The notes beneath the pieces are model-generated. The model ran no database searches, was not told the DNA's origin, and saw nothing but the letters and a program-made list of their open reading frames with translations. The position numbers were made by a program, and so were the translations under genes. 42,306 nucleotides of DNA. Origin: Moniliella sp. 'wahieum' (taxonomy: Eukaryota). The stretch covers positions 1,116,001 to 1,158,306 of the forward strand of contig RSEE01000008.1 in assembly GCA_003971905.1 (NCBI GenBank). The letters are read 5' to 3'. Shown here one piece after another: positions 1-12,487 of the stretch. Numbering within the stretch: position 1 is the stretch's first letter; each line of letters starts with the position of its first letter.

Positions 1-745
1 CGGAGATGGAGGTGGAGATGCGATGGAGATGCGATGGGAGGCGATGAGATGAGATGACCAATGCGATGTCTGCGCCCCACTTGGCTGGGCGCTGGGCGGG
101 GAGGGCTGGCGGGCGCTGGCGGGCGCTGGCTGGCGCGGGTGGGCTAGGGTTGGCGCATGGCATGTGCCACGTCAGCGCGCAGGGCCGCGCATGCAGCATG
201 CAGTGGGCGATGCGCAGCCCTGCGCGGGGGCGGGTGGTTCCGCCGGCCGTTCCGCCTGGTGAACGTTTCACACGACTCGTGCGCTGCCATCGATCAGCAC
301 GATCCGTGTGTGCTGCGGCGGCGGGGGTCGATCTGGCGGGCGATGGGTGAGGATCGCTGGTGGCTGATCGTTCAGTTCGCTTTGCTCCCAGCCGCAAAGA
401 TGCTCGGCCTCCCTCTCCCAACTGCCACAGCCCCACGCCTCTGCTCTGCCCCCCGCCAGCACCCTGGCCCAGCCACACCCCCCGCCAGCGCACCACGCCC
501 ATAGCCCAGCCAGCCCCCAAACCCACCCCAGCGCCCGACAAGCGATACAGAACGGCGCTGCGAACTCAACCCCAACGCACACAGCACCAAACACACAATA
601 ATCCATCAACATACACTAACACCACTGGAGGCACCATGCGGTGGGGGATGCGGAGCGCAACGGATACTACTACTCGTGCCGCATCAACAAAACAGAGCAA
701 CAACGAGCATTAAACGGGTGCGTGGGGAGGGCGATCAAAAGGAAT

Positions 746-787
746 ATGATGAAGATGAGGATGAGGATGAGGATGAAGATGATGATG
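746..787. repeat. (GATGAG/GATGAA)n microsatellite downstream of the Sfp1-like gene
   Basis: Directly visible: atgatgaagatgaggatgaggatgaggatgaagatgatgatg. Confidence 0.85.
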
Positions 788-1172
788 GAAATGACGGTCG
801 AGATGATGAAGAGCGCCGGATGGCGACGGTCGACCGTCGATACATGGTGGGGACGATGATCAAGATGGTGGGGTGGTGTGGTTTGGGTACGAGAGACAAC
901 AACTTGAGAGCTTTTTTTTCTAGAGTTTCAACGAAGGATAGCGGTTCAAGTAGGCGGTTGGTTGAAGTAGAGGCGCACAGAAAGAAGGACAAGACAAGGG
1001 CGGGCACGACGTGCACAGCCCATCCAAACAAGAAACAACAGGGGGGGCAAGCGGCGAGCCAACCCGCAAGAACGCCACGGAGACAGACGCCCCCCTCCAT
1101 CCGGAAAGAAACAGAGGGCGGGGGGGGGACAACGCTCGCGCCGCAGCAGCGCGACAAGCGGCCTGCGACGGA

Positions 1173-3302
1173 CTATTCGCCCATGGCGGTATCCAGGTCC
1201 AAGTCCATCGCATCAAACTGCGGTGCGGTATCGGCATCGACGATGGCCTGCATCTCCTGCGCTTGCTTATGGTTGTGCCCGGGCCCGCCGCCGGCCAAGG
1301 CCTGGGCCTGGATCATCTCCACGGTGCGCTGACTGACACTAGGCTTGTTGGCCTGCATCTCAGCTGCCAAGCGTGCTGCCCGCGCCACCTCCTCCGGCGC
1401 CAACGTCCACGTCGACACCCACCGCCCTCCCATCTGCGCCCTTCTTGGCCGAACTGCCACCGCCATGCGCATGCAACACTTGCAGCCCCAACAGACCGTG
1501 CGAACCCGAATGGAGGTAATGGTACCGCAGCCCATTCAAATTCTTGTACGTCTTGCCACACTCGCCCACCTGGCACACGTACAGCGAGCCCGGATCCAAC
1601 GGCACACCCACCGCGCCCGGCACCGCCGCAGCCGCTCCTGGCAGACACGGCGCCCGAGCCACGGCGGAGGGGGAGGCGCCGCTGGTCAAGCCGGTCGGAG
1701 TGGCACCGGGACCGCTGGCCTGCTGGTTCACTCCGCTCGGCCCGGACCACGGGCGGGCAGAAAGCACGCGGCTGGCAGCTGAGCCTCAGCCCCCGTCTTG
1801 GACGCCCCACTCGCACCGCGTGCAGCCGCCGCCGCGGGAAGAGCGGGCGGGAACCGTGCCCGGGCCTAGCGCCGCTGCCGATCCCAGTGGAGCAGGGGGG
1901 ACGCCTGTGCCCCCCGCCGCCGGGGCGAGAGGCACGAGCAGGTTCTGGTTGCATTGCCCGTGCACCCGATGGTACTTAAGCCCATTGCTTGTACGCCTTG
2001 TCGCACCCGACTGAAGGACACTTGAACGGCTTGTCCCCCCTCCCGGCGGGGGCCGTAGCGCTGGATGGATCGAACAGGGCCACAAGAGTCGGCGCTACCA
2101 GGCGCACGCGGCGAGCCACTGGGACGACAAGCCGTCGCACCAGACCCACGCGGCGTGCCCACTGCCAGTGCGCTGGCGCCCAGCGTCGTCTGGACCGGGG
2201 CGGTGGGATGGGCGTGGGCGTGCGCTTGAGCTTGAGCTTGTGCTTGCGCTTGCGCTTGCGCACCGTCGCAGGGAAAACAGATTGGGCGGGGCACATGACG
2301 GCAGCTGGCTCACCTCGTCCGCTGCCGCCGTCGCCCCGACCGACAAGCCGCCAAACGGCCCGGGCCCGGCCAAGAGTGCCTCGCCGGCTGCTGCGTCCTC
2401 GGTCGGCGCACGGCAAAGGGCGAGCCGGCGCGGCGCGGGCCGGGCACAGCCCGCATCCCGCCCCACGGTGCGGCCGGGCGGTGGGGGGGAGGCCAGATGG
2501 GAAGCCGTGGAAGGTGCGTTTGCGCTGGCTGCTGGCCGCCAGGGCAGCGACGTTGGTCCATCCCGGTCGCGATCGCGCGGGGTTATGCGATGCGGCCAAC
2601 GCCGCCTGCGCCGGGCTGGACGGGTTGGAGCTGCCCGAAGAATGGTCGGAACTGCCATCGTCCAGCACCATCCCAGGCACCGCCTCCTCCTCCGCCTCGT
2701 CCAGCCCAACGTGCTGTTCCTCGTAGTGCTGCAGCAGGTCGTGCAGGTCCGCCAGCGCCACGCCACAGCAGGTAAAGTTGCGGCAAAATCGGGATTCGGG
2801 TGGTCGGGCCCGAACGACCCGGGCGCCAGACCGCGTCCGGTCCCGCGTGCCATCCCACTTGAACGTATCAAACGGGCTGGATGCACAACCAAAACCCAAA
2901 CCAAACCCCCCACCTATCGTCAGCCCGGACCTTGCCAAGCGCACAGCGCACCAGCACAGCAGGGAGAGAAAAGTACGTACTCAATCATCCCGTCCCGGTC
3001 AAACGACATGGCCATGCCGGTCGACCCAAATCCTCCGTCCCGCCGCGCCAGGAGGAGGCCGAGGGGTCCGCAGCGTAGAACCGGAACGACTGGCCAGTCG
3101 CAAAGGGGAGCGGCGTACGAGTTGGAAAACGACATGGGCGCCACTCCGAGCGAACCCACTCCGAAACTCATGGGTATCGTCAACGTGTCAGAATCGAGGC
3201 GCGGCGGTAGAGAGGAGGAACGTCGCAGCCAGCAGGCGAGCTGGTGCTGCCGCTGCTGCTGGTGCCCACCGTGGAGATGGGGATGGGTTCGGGCGAGGAC
3301 AT
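1173..3302 (-). CDS. SFP1: Sfp1-like split C2H2 zinc-finger transcription factor (frameshifted in this sequence, 1 intron)
   Basis: Minus-strand fragments give FCRNFTCCGVALADLHDLLQHYEEQH (Sfp1 N-terminal finger), DKPFKCPSVGCDKAYKQ + NGLKYHRVHGQC across a frameshift near 1983, and YVCQVGECGKTYKNLNGLRYHYLHS. Probable ATG at 3302 (MSSPEPIPIS); stop at 1173 after AMDLDLDTAMGE. Confidence 0.8.
2877..2980 (-). other. Spliceosomal intron in the Sfp1-like gene
   Basis: Minus-strand GTACGT donor at 2980, GCTGAC branch site near 2924-2919, CAG acceptor ending at 2877; splicing gives MID/PFDTFKWDG in frame. Confidence 0.8.
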
Positions 3303-6300
3303 GAGATGGGACACAGGGAGGGCAGGGCTGATAGGCACCGCAAGGCAGAGGAGAGAATAAGGAGAGGAGGCGAAGGACGGTGATGGTGGGGGGGAAGGCG
3401 AGGCGAGGCGAGGCGGGCAAACGAGGGGAGGGGGGGGGGGGGTGGTTGGTGGTGGCGAGGGAGGCTACCTAAGCTGGAGGAGGGTCGGTGCCGAGACCGA
3501 TCCGTCCCACCTGCCGGCTGTCCCGAACCCAAATACCAAAATGCCCGCTGCACCAAAAAAGCATCACGCTTCGTCGCGCATCACCCATGGAGGAGGCTGC
3601 CCAGGACACTGGAGCGGTGAGCAGTGCTAGTGCTAGCAACGCTGAGCCCGTGTCACATGTCCGCTCGCGTGGCTTGGGCTGCGCTGTGGGGGGCATTGGA
3701 GCAAAGCAGATGACCATGTCAATATTCAGAGTGGGCGCCGGTGCCTGACACACGGGGTAGCACGCGGCGGCACGGGCGAGCGCTGGAGCGCGGAGCAGGA
3801 GCACAGGGCTCGTGCGTGATGGCGAGATGCCACAGGGTCCCGCGTCAGGCTCAGGCCCAGCGCAGCACGCGGCTGGCCCACCGCGACCAGGCAGCGCCCG
3901 CCGCTGCCGCAGCTCCGTGGGTGGAATTCCCGCTGGTGTGGCGCCAGTGTTTTGTGGTTGGGAGCCCACCTTCGTGTTCTGCAACGCAGCGTGTGACATG
4001 CGACATGCGCGTGTGATGCATGGCGCCTGAGACTCAGCCCTCACACCGTCACCGGTCCCCGTCACATTTCCTCGGGGCACAGTGGCACAGCACACACGAG
4101 TGCATTCTCCAGCTCCGTCTGCGCACCCATCCATGGCACATGGATCATGGATCGATCATGGGACATGCGACCTGGCACCGGGACCGACCGTCCCCAGGCC
4201 CATCCAGTCCATGCCGTCCGACCGGCGACCACGTCTGGCGTGGGGAGCAAAGGAACCATCCTGCATCCTCACACACACCCTCTCCCGGTCGACGCAGTAC
4301 GCACCGTTCAAACGTTCAACATTCAAGCTTCAAGCTTCAAGTTCCCATGTTGACCAAAACTATATTTGTCCGTGTTGACTGTGATCCTCAGGCTCCCAGT
4401 CGGTAGACCAGGTTCGCCTCGGTTCCATCGGCTTCCACGCTGACGTCCCTGCGTGTCCTGTCCCTGTGCCTGCACTCTCCTGTGTGACTCACTGTCCCTG
4501 TGCCTAGTCCGGCCCTAGATAGATGCCTCTGTACCCAGACCCAACTCTGGCCCAATCCATCACCTTCTCCTCATCGATCATCCTTCTGCCCGTCCGGCTC
4601 CCTAGGCCAACACCAGCCACGATCACGATAAACGAACCCAACGTAGTCCGAGCTCGGTCCTCGTTACTCACTCAGTCGAGTCCGCAACCTCCAAGAGCTT
4701 CTGCGAGAGCTTCTTGGGAACGATCATCCACCCCGTTTCTCTGATGTCAGAGATACTCGATCGATACCAGGAGAGATACCAGAGTTAGAATTCGGGTTTC
4801 GAGGCACTTGAATTTGAGCTTTGAGCTTGAGCGCTGAGCAGCACTCAGGCTGAGCTTTTAGACAGGTTGACATGATTGTGAGTCGCTGAGCCTGTGAGAT
4901 TGTGAGGCTGATTTGAACTCAATCCAGGTTTCCTTGCCGAACGCGAACGCCTGAGTTCGAGCATTGCACCATAAGGCGCAGGTGCTTCGTGCGTAAGCGC
5001 TAAGCGTAAGCCCAACATTTCAACATCATCATCAATTCATCATGACGCGCAGGACGTAACCGATTTGAACTGATGCACTGATGGATATCGAGTGGTTAAT
5101 GGGCATGCATGATGCATGATGCACATGCGATGATCTGGATCTTGAAGCTTGACTAGACTAGACTCCAGTCGTTCACTAGTCGTGCCCTAAAAGACCTGGC
5201 CAATCAGGTCAGAGGATGATGGCCTGTTGATAGGCGCTCCAACTCCACCCATTTGAAACCTTCACAAAGGATTGCCAAGAATCGATAAAACCTGTTGGTT
5301 GGCTGCGTGCCAAGCCTGCCCAGCCTCAGCCCGTTGTGATATACCGTGACAGTGAACACGAGTACTGAGGTATACCGTTGAGGTACTGAGTACTGACAAA
5401 TTGAATGAACAAACAGCTGAGGAATGAATTACATATCCCTCCACAAATCCCACCTGTGGCGAATTCATTAATCAAGAGACCCATTGTATGTGCCATGACA
5501 AAAGTGTGGGAGAGATGAAGAGATCTGGATCTGAGAGGTGAGATATCAGATCTGAGAGGCCCCCACAAGAAAAGCACATCCGCAACCAGTGCTCATCGTG
5601 GGTTGGCCTCTCAGCTTCATGAGGGAAATACTAAGTTCGGCCTCACGTATCGCAGTACTACGAAACGGAACGGTTCCTGCCCCGCCTTCTGATTCCTCTC
5701 CCACGAATGATCTTTCCATTTCCCCCGTCTCTGACGACAAGACCGGTTGGTCTCCCTCGTTGGTCCCGACTGATACAGTTATTTCCGTCTGTGGCCGCGC
5801 AATGTGGAGTTGAAGAGCCTATACGGTCCAACTTGGGAAGAAGCAAGATCAGAAACCAGGGCCAAACGCGGAATAACCATGGCAAGAGCGAGATATGCCC
5901 AAACAAACCGAAATGAAATGGTGCGGATCAGCCCGAAACAATGACAAGATGTGCAAACAGCTGCACACCCTTATCCAGTCAAATTGGAAGCACCACAACA
6001 CCCTTATTACTTCTTCCAATACCTCAGCATGACTGCTACTAACACCATATAAAGCACCCAGGAGTAGGACTCCAGCTTGGACGCTGAATGCACCCTCGCG
6101 CGACAACAACCTCTCCCGCTCGCTCGAAGCTGGCGCACCCCCTCTGAAGTACGAGCCCCCCGGCTCAACCATACACTGGGTGCACCGGCACATTATGCAT
6201 AACCGTCTTGCCAGGCCCGCCATCGTCACAAATGAGAATGGTGGATACGTGCTGATATACCCCACAGCGTACCATGCGCCCTCTCTCTTTGCCTGTCCTA

Positions 6301-9300
6301 TGTGCATTTCCTTACTTTACGACTAAGCTTTCGTCTGTAAGACTCCGTCTGTAAAAGTATGCTGTTTGGCTTAGGTTGAACGTCGCCGGCGGCCCCACCA
6401 ACAGTGTGGCAATGGCGACATGCCGGCCCGTCGTTCTCACTGGTGTATTAGATGTGTTCGAGTTGTTTTGGTGATATGAAGTGCTGTTTTAAATTGTTGC
6501 CACCCCCCTCATATCATTGTCTCATCTAGGCCCTTCTTAGCTCTTAGATCTTAGCGTTAGTGCTTATCTCCCAAGAGGCTATAGATGAGCTGTGGAGAGC
6601 CGTGAAACTCTGTAGATAAAGTCAATCAATCACAGCACAAAGAATAACATCGAAGAGGGAAAGTAGGGAGGGGGTGGGTTTGGAATTGGGAGTGACGCTA
6701 GTGACGCCAAGAAGATGCCCTGATGCATGATGCATGATGAGGCTTCGTGAGAAAGTTCATCATCACAACAGTTAATTATCACGCCGTAGCCATTTCTGTT
6801 TTACTACTTAGACAGTAAATGCGCTACATACTGCGACGACGCCAAGAATCCACCACTCCCCTCTCCCCCCTTCCACTGACCCCAAAGCGCCCTCAAAATC
6901 AATGAACTTTCTCAGTGCGCAGGTGATTGAAACGCGCGGGAGAACTGCAATGCTCGCAGAGCTGAATTTCCTTGGAGAACATGACGTGAAGTGAAGCATT
7001 AGTGTGATGAGGTGCATCTTGGCGTGAATTTCCATTTGCCGTGCATATAAGCTGTTAATTGCGTGCCTCGGGCAGAGAAGAGAGATTAAGTATTCCAGAG
7101 AAGTAGTCGCTGATGTGACATATGACTCGTCAAGCGAGCTGTAACGCATGAAACTGCAACCTAATTTGTGTGAATGTATGGGACTCTGTCACTCTCAGAT
7201 CTCATCCTTTATTGGCTTCCCTATAAGTTGCGCTGTTGTGCAGAAAAGGTAGGAGGGCGGACGTTCTGTGCCGAGGGGGAAAATCTGAGGTGGAGGATGT
7301 GGCCAAGGGAGATTGTGGATTGGCAACCACACGCGTGGCTGGCGGCGTCTCGTCGTGATATACGTGATACCAATCTGCTGCATGTTCTGCGGTCACAACC
7401 CACGTGTCCGCCCTGTATCTCGTCGGTGGATCCAACACACACAAAACGTAGATATCCACGGTCGAAGATGCATCATGCATCACACGCCGTGGACGCTAGA
7501 CAGCCGGTAGTTGATACGCGTGGCATGCTGTGGCGTGGGGCGTGGGGGTGCATGTCTCTTCCCGCTTTGCAAAGAGGCTGGGCGTTGAGCTCAAGCTGAG
7601 CATAGTTGACCAGCCGCAGGCCATAACGCGTAACGCCTAACGCACAGAAAGCGTCGGTTGACGGAGGCGGAGCCGCTGTGTGACATTGTGACTGATGTGT
7701 CACATGTCATTCCGAAACCGCAGTGTGTGAGACGCGGCCCGCTGGCGTGCCGGCTCGGGGCCTGTGTCGGGCCTGGGCCACAAAAAGCCACGCGAAGCCA
7801 TCCCGCGCAGCCGCTCAAGTCTCAGGACGCTCAGGCTGAGTACTGAGTAGCAGTCAACTAAAGCGTGCATCATACATCATGCATCACTATACGATTAGTC
7901 ACAAGTCCGAGTTGTACACGCAATATAATAGGCTGGAACATGGAACAGCGAGAAGCGAGAGGAGACCAACCTCCAGTCAGAGACGGGGACAAAATGGCGG
8001 CATCGTGCACGGAACGAAGCAAGAGGCGTCCAACACGGAACAAAAAAGCAAGTGAGAAAGGGTAGAGCGAGATGCACAGGATGCGGAATTGGAAATTGGA
8101 GCGCGCAGTCAGTCTCGGTGCCACATGCGAGAGAGGCGGGCGAACAGTGCACCGTGGAAAATTGGGCATTGAATTCGAGATGGGATGTTGGCTCGACGCA
8201 GGCGGTGGATTGCAGCCTCTTGTCGACGGGGTGGGAGCAATCACATGGCGGCATATCCATTCGTTTTTTGGCATTGCAAGAACAACAGCCATTCTTTCCA
8301 TGGATCATTTATCATCGATCATCCCCCTTAGTATAATGTCTCGGCTCCACGCCGGGCTGGACTTCTTGCGATCGTCCTGTGTATGTTCTCCACTCTTAAA
8401 GATGTGTGGCGCACCACTGGCGCACCCCAATATACGCCTGTGAGAGGTGAAAATAATGTCCTTTTCTGCATCCTATACATCTCGCCCGCGCGGGCTATAT
8501 TTCTAACTTCCTACGTTAAACACCCGTTCATATCGCCACGTTGTTCCGGCTTTCCCCCCTGTCCCAACACTTCTGTCATCATGTCTACATTTTGTCCATC
8601 CGTTCATCTCCTTTTCTCCGCCTCTCTGCTCGTGTCTCCCCCTCTACCGCGAAGTCAGCGACGGCGCGGGTAGGGGAGATCGATATGGGGCGCCTATCAA
8701 GCCTTCAAGAAGGTTATACGTCTCGAAGCGCTCGCATATAAAACCACACTGTTGTTGATGTAGTACAAGAGGAGGGGAAACGTGTAGCATCGGGAAAAAA
8801 ATGGGTGAATGGAATCCAGATCCCCTGGATCCTCTACTTAGCTGTTGCGTTCCTCTTTCCCTTGCTATATTTATGGTCTGTAGGTGGTCTGTGGGTCAAG
8901 ATGTGTGGAGAGGTGGACCCACACGGAAGTGAAACCGATGGTGCCGAGCTGACTCGACCCCGCTGAAAAAAGGCGTGTTTTTAGTAGCAGGCAGTGGTGG
9001 ACTGGAATAATATGGATGGTTGAGGACGTTGAGGGTAAGGATATAACCTCTTGATGTTCGTTTTCCTTTTATATGAGTATCCTTCACGTTGCACCTTTGC
9101 TCTTATACGGGCCTCGGCACATTTGATCCCATCAACGGCCTAGTCCTTTATTCATAGCGTCTTAACAGAGCTAATTCCCAACCCCAATCAAGTTATACCA
9201 TGATCGCAGAGCCTCGTACGAGATGTTAGGTGACCCGAATGGCCATCGACCTATACGGATATATTTGGAAAAACAACGACAGTAAAGACGACAGTTGCCC

Positions 9301-11289
9301 TTTGCCTATCTATATTTCTGTGTTCCTATACCTGTCACGACTGTGCCCCGTGGTTTCACCTGTAGTGCCTGCCTGTAAGCAATGGTTCTTGGTTTCCCCC
9401 GCATTCCATTGGTGTCTCCATCTTTGTCAATCCAGAAAATAGATTCAGCTTTGGCCTCTTCCACTTAGCTGTCTCTGCTCTCTGCTCTCTGCTCTCTGCT
9501 CTCCGCCTTTTAGCCTCTCAGCTTTCCACCTCCCAGTTCCAGATTGCCAGTGCCTCAGTCTTTCGGCGTCCCCAAATCCAACCCGGGAAGGTTTCACAGC
9601 CTAACTGAAGTTGTCTTCAGTAGATCTCAGCTTGAATCCCGGCTTCTGCTCAAGCTCAAAGTTTGGGCAACGATTGTCCTCCTCTTTGTTGTAGAGAGGT
9701 GTGGAAAGAAAGGCAAAGGGAGTTCGGAATGGCCGGCTAGCTGGCAATGATTTTGTGATTTGGATCAAGATATACAGGCAGGATTTAATGTCACGGGGCC
9801 ACGATTGAAGTCGCCTTACACAGGCACCTCCACTCCCTTATCGTCGCTCTCCCTCATTGGTTTCTGTCCCTATCAATACTCAACTTCTCTACCTTTCGCT
9901 ATCCTGACTTGTATTTTCGGCGTATCTACAAAACCAACAACAATCGTCTTCTTCGCTCGCGTTCGTCTAAAAATCCAAAACACTAAGTATACTCGGCGCG
10001 GTTTCTCGCCTCGTCTCTCACCTCGTGCTTCTCGTGCTTGGTCCTCATTTCTTCGCCTTGACTCGTTTCCCCTTTTTGCTGTGGACCAGTTGGTCTTTCA
10101 TTTGTTCCTCTTCTTTCTATGAAACCTGCCTGTTCTTAATAGATCCAATAGTAAGGCCAAAACTGCCCACCACTCTTTTCCCCTCACCCTTCTTCTAGGC
10201 AATCCCCACTCTAAAATAACGACCTTTGAACAGCTCGCTTGCCCTCCTTCGCCCATCGGAGCTCCCCGCTTTCGCGTATGGCCCCTACCGTGCAAGCTCC
10301 TTGTAGACACAACCTGGCTCTGTCTGCCACGAACAGCAAAGCACTGCTCGCGACCTTCCTACGCTCACCCAGTGTTCCTTGGTCTTTGAATCTGAAACGC
10401 GTTCAGTCCTCCGTGAGTCTTGTCTCCGATAGGCAGGGAAGGTCTTCGCCTGTGGGAAGCCAGCAACCCCGTCACAGCAACAACAGAACCTACTCCTGCG
10501 GAAGCCCATGCAAACCAACTTGGGCGTGTCCTGCTTCAGTTTGCACAGTAAGTTTGCTTCTCTCTCTCCTCACTTCAATTCAATTATACTTGTGCCACAC
10601 GATGTCAGCCCTCTCCGGGCTATATTATGTGTCTTTCTCGCTGGACTCGTCAGGCCTGATACACATAGGATAATCTGCTCACCACAGCCATCGACAAGAT
10701 GGAAAAAACACAAGTGTGAAGAATCTTGAGAAATAATTGGAGGGAGGTACAGTTGCACTCCGGTGCGGATCTGGCACGTCCGTTCTTTTATTATTGTAGT
10801 AGAAGTTGAGCAATACGAGCGGCAGAATGACCGACGGGGTATGCCGCAGACTCTGTATTACCTTACCTCCTCTTTCTGGCTTTGCCAAAGGTACTAGGGA
10901 CACCGTGCCGCCAACAGAAGACCGGCGGGGATACATACGTTGCATGGCCCATTACGGGGCGCTCCGGTTATCTCCGGACGCTGAGCCCCGCATCTCGTAG
11001 ACATCTCATCAGCCCACACACGCGTCAGTCCGGTTTAGACTAGCGATAAAGAGCAGTCGACACCTTATCCTTGCTGCTGGATATCATCCGCGGCCCGCCA
11101 TAGTCGCATGGGCTTATCGGTACGATGCTTCGTGCCCATTGCGTCCAGTCTTGTCAGAACCCTTCCTGCTGTGCCCGACTACGCATCGTCAGCGCCTTGG
11201 AGAGCAAGGGCTGTGCATTAGTCTTTACCCTCTGGGAAGTGCCCCGCATTCTGTCTATACCTGTCTTGAGGCACTTGAGGCCTGGTTCC

Positions 11290-11780
11290 TTCTGCTGTAT
11301 ATAAGCAGCCATGTCTAAGGCTTGCTAGCTGTGGTCCTCGTCGACCATCCTGTCTTCTACTCTTGGCTTCCCCGACTGCCAGTTCCTCTCTCCCCTTCCA
11401 CCTTCTACCACCCTTACGCTTACGAATTTACGACTTACGCCGAGTGCACTGCAAGCCGCGGTTACTCTTTAGGACTCTACCTGTTCCCGCCAGCTACAGC
11501 GTACCGAGTGTGGTAACGCTGCGAGGAACAGAGTAACTTCGGAGCTCCTGAACCCCTTCAGCTGGTCTAACGACCTACGTACGCGCCTCCTCCCTCGGAG
11601 GGTCTGGACTGCAGCCTTTGCACGCAGGCAGCCACCCAAACTAGAGGGTCTCTCCCTCGCCTCTACACCCGCTCGGTTCAACCAGGATCTGGAGCAGGAC
11701 CTAACGTACGAGCCACCGATTGATCTGTCCAAGGGTTTATACCCCTAAACTACAGGGGGGACCCCCCGGACCCCCCCCAT
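11290..11780. mobile_element. Possible degenerate transposon terminal/LTR-like remnant
   Basis: TATATAAG box near 11298, then GGGTTTATACCC and GGGGGG-A-CCCCCC-GGA-CCCCCCCC hairpin-forming motifs at 11733-11778, inside a gene-poor lower-GC island. No intact transposon ORF or paired terminal repeat was found. Confidence 0.2.
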
Positions 11781-12487
11781 GACAGGCGTGTCGCGCGGCA
11801 ACCATGATTCCTGACTGATAAAACCTCTCTCCCTTCTTACCATATAGCCGTAGTGATGAATGAGATGGCTCAGCGGCGGGGGGTTAATCGTTTTTGTAGG
11901 GCACTTTTGATGTTGCAGTATACTCGGATTCGAAGTGTCTATACCTCCGTCTGCAATAAGGTGAGAACTAGTACTAGCTACTAGGCCATATACCAACAGG
12001 ATCGGCGATCATCGAGGCGAGCAGACACTGAGCATGATGGAACAACGAATGAACTTGGGATAGATACGATCAGGGGCAGCCTTGGGTTCCATACACGACC
12101 GCGACAAAACAAAAATGCAGCAGAACACGACAACGACAGGTAGAAAAGAGACAAACAACCAGGGACGGAGGAAGGGGAGAGGTCACGGGGAGGGGGGGGG
12201 GGGGGTTCATAGTAGGAGGCCCCTTCAGACTTAATTAGCGCAGTGAGAGGAGATGAAAGGGAAGGTGGTGTCGCTCGGAGAGGGATGTGAGAGGGCCGGG
12301 GAAGACAAATAAATCAATCCAGGAAAATCCGATCAGGGATCGGAGCAGCGGGAACCAAGGCGAGCGAATAATAGTCGACAGAGATGTTGGCCGGGAGCGA
12401 CGGAGGATGAATATATACCAGTAGGCTTGGGCACACAGCCAGCCGTCGGGGCGGAGGGTGGAAGAAAACTACCCCCGAGTAGGCGCA

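Noticed and set aside
54..1332. Overlapping ORFs at the window start, including an acidic DEDEDE ORF (676..1332)
   Set aside because: Explained by microsatellites and the antisense of the Sfp1-like 3' region; no domain.
1173..3302. Programmed ribosomal frameshifting as the explanation for broken reading frames
   Set aside because: Frame breaks are numerous, affect unrelated genes, and show no consistent slippery-site plus structure signature.
5546..7149. Short minus-strand ORFs (5849..6307, 6808..7149 and others) as genes or pheromone precursors
   Set aside because: No recognisable domain, no terminal CAAX motif, and no convincing codon bias.
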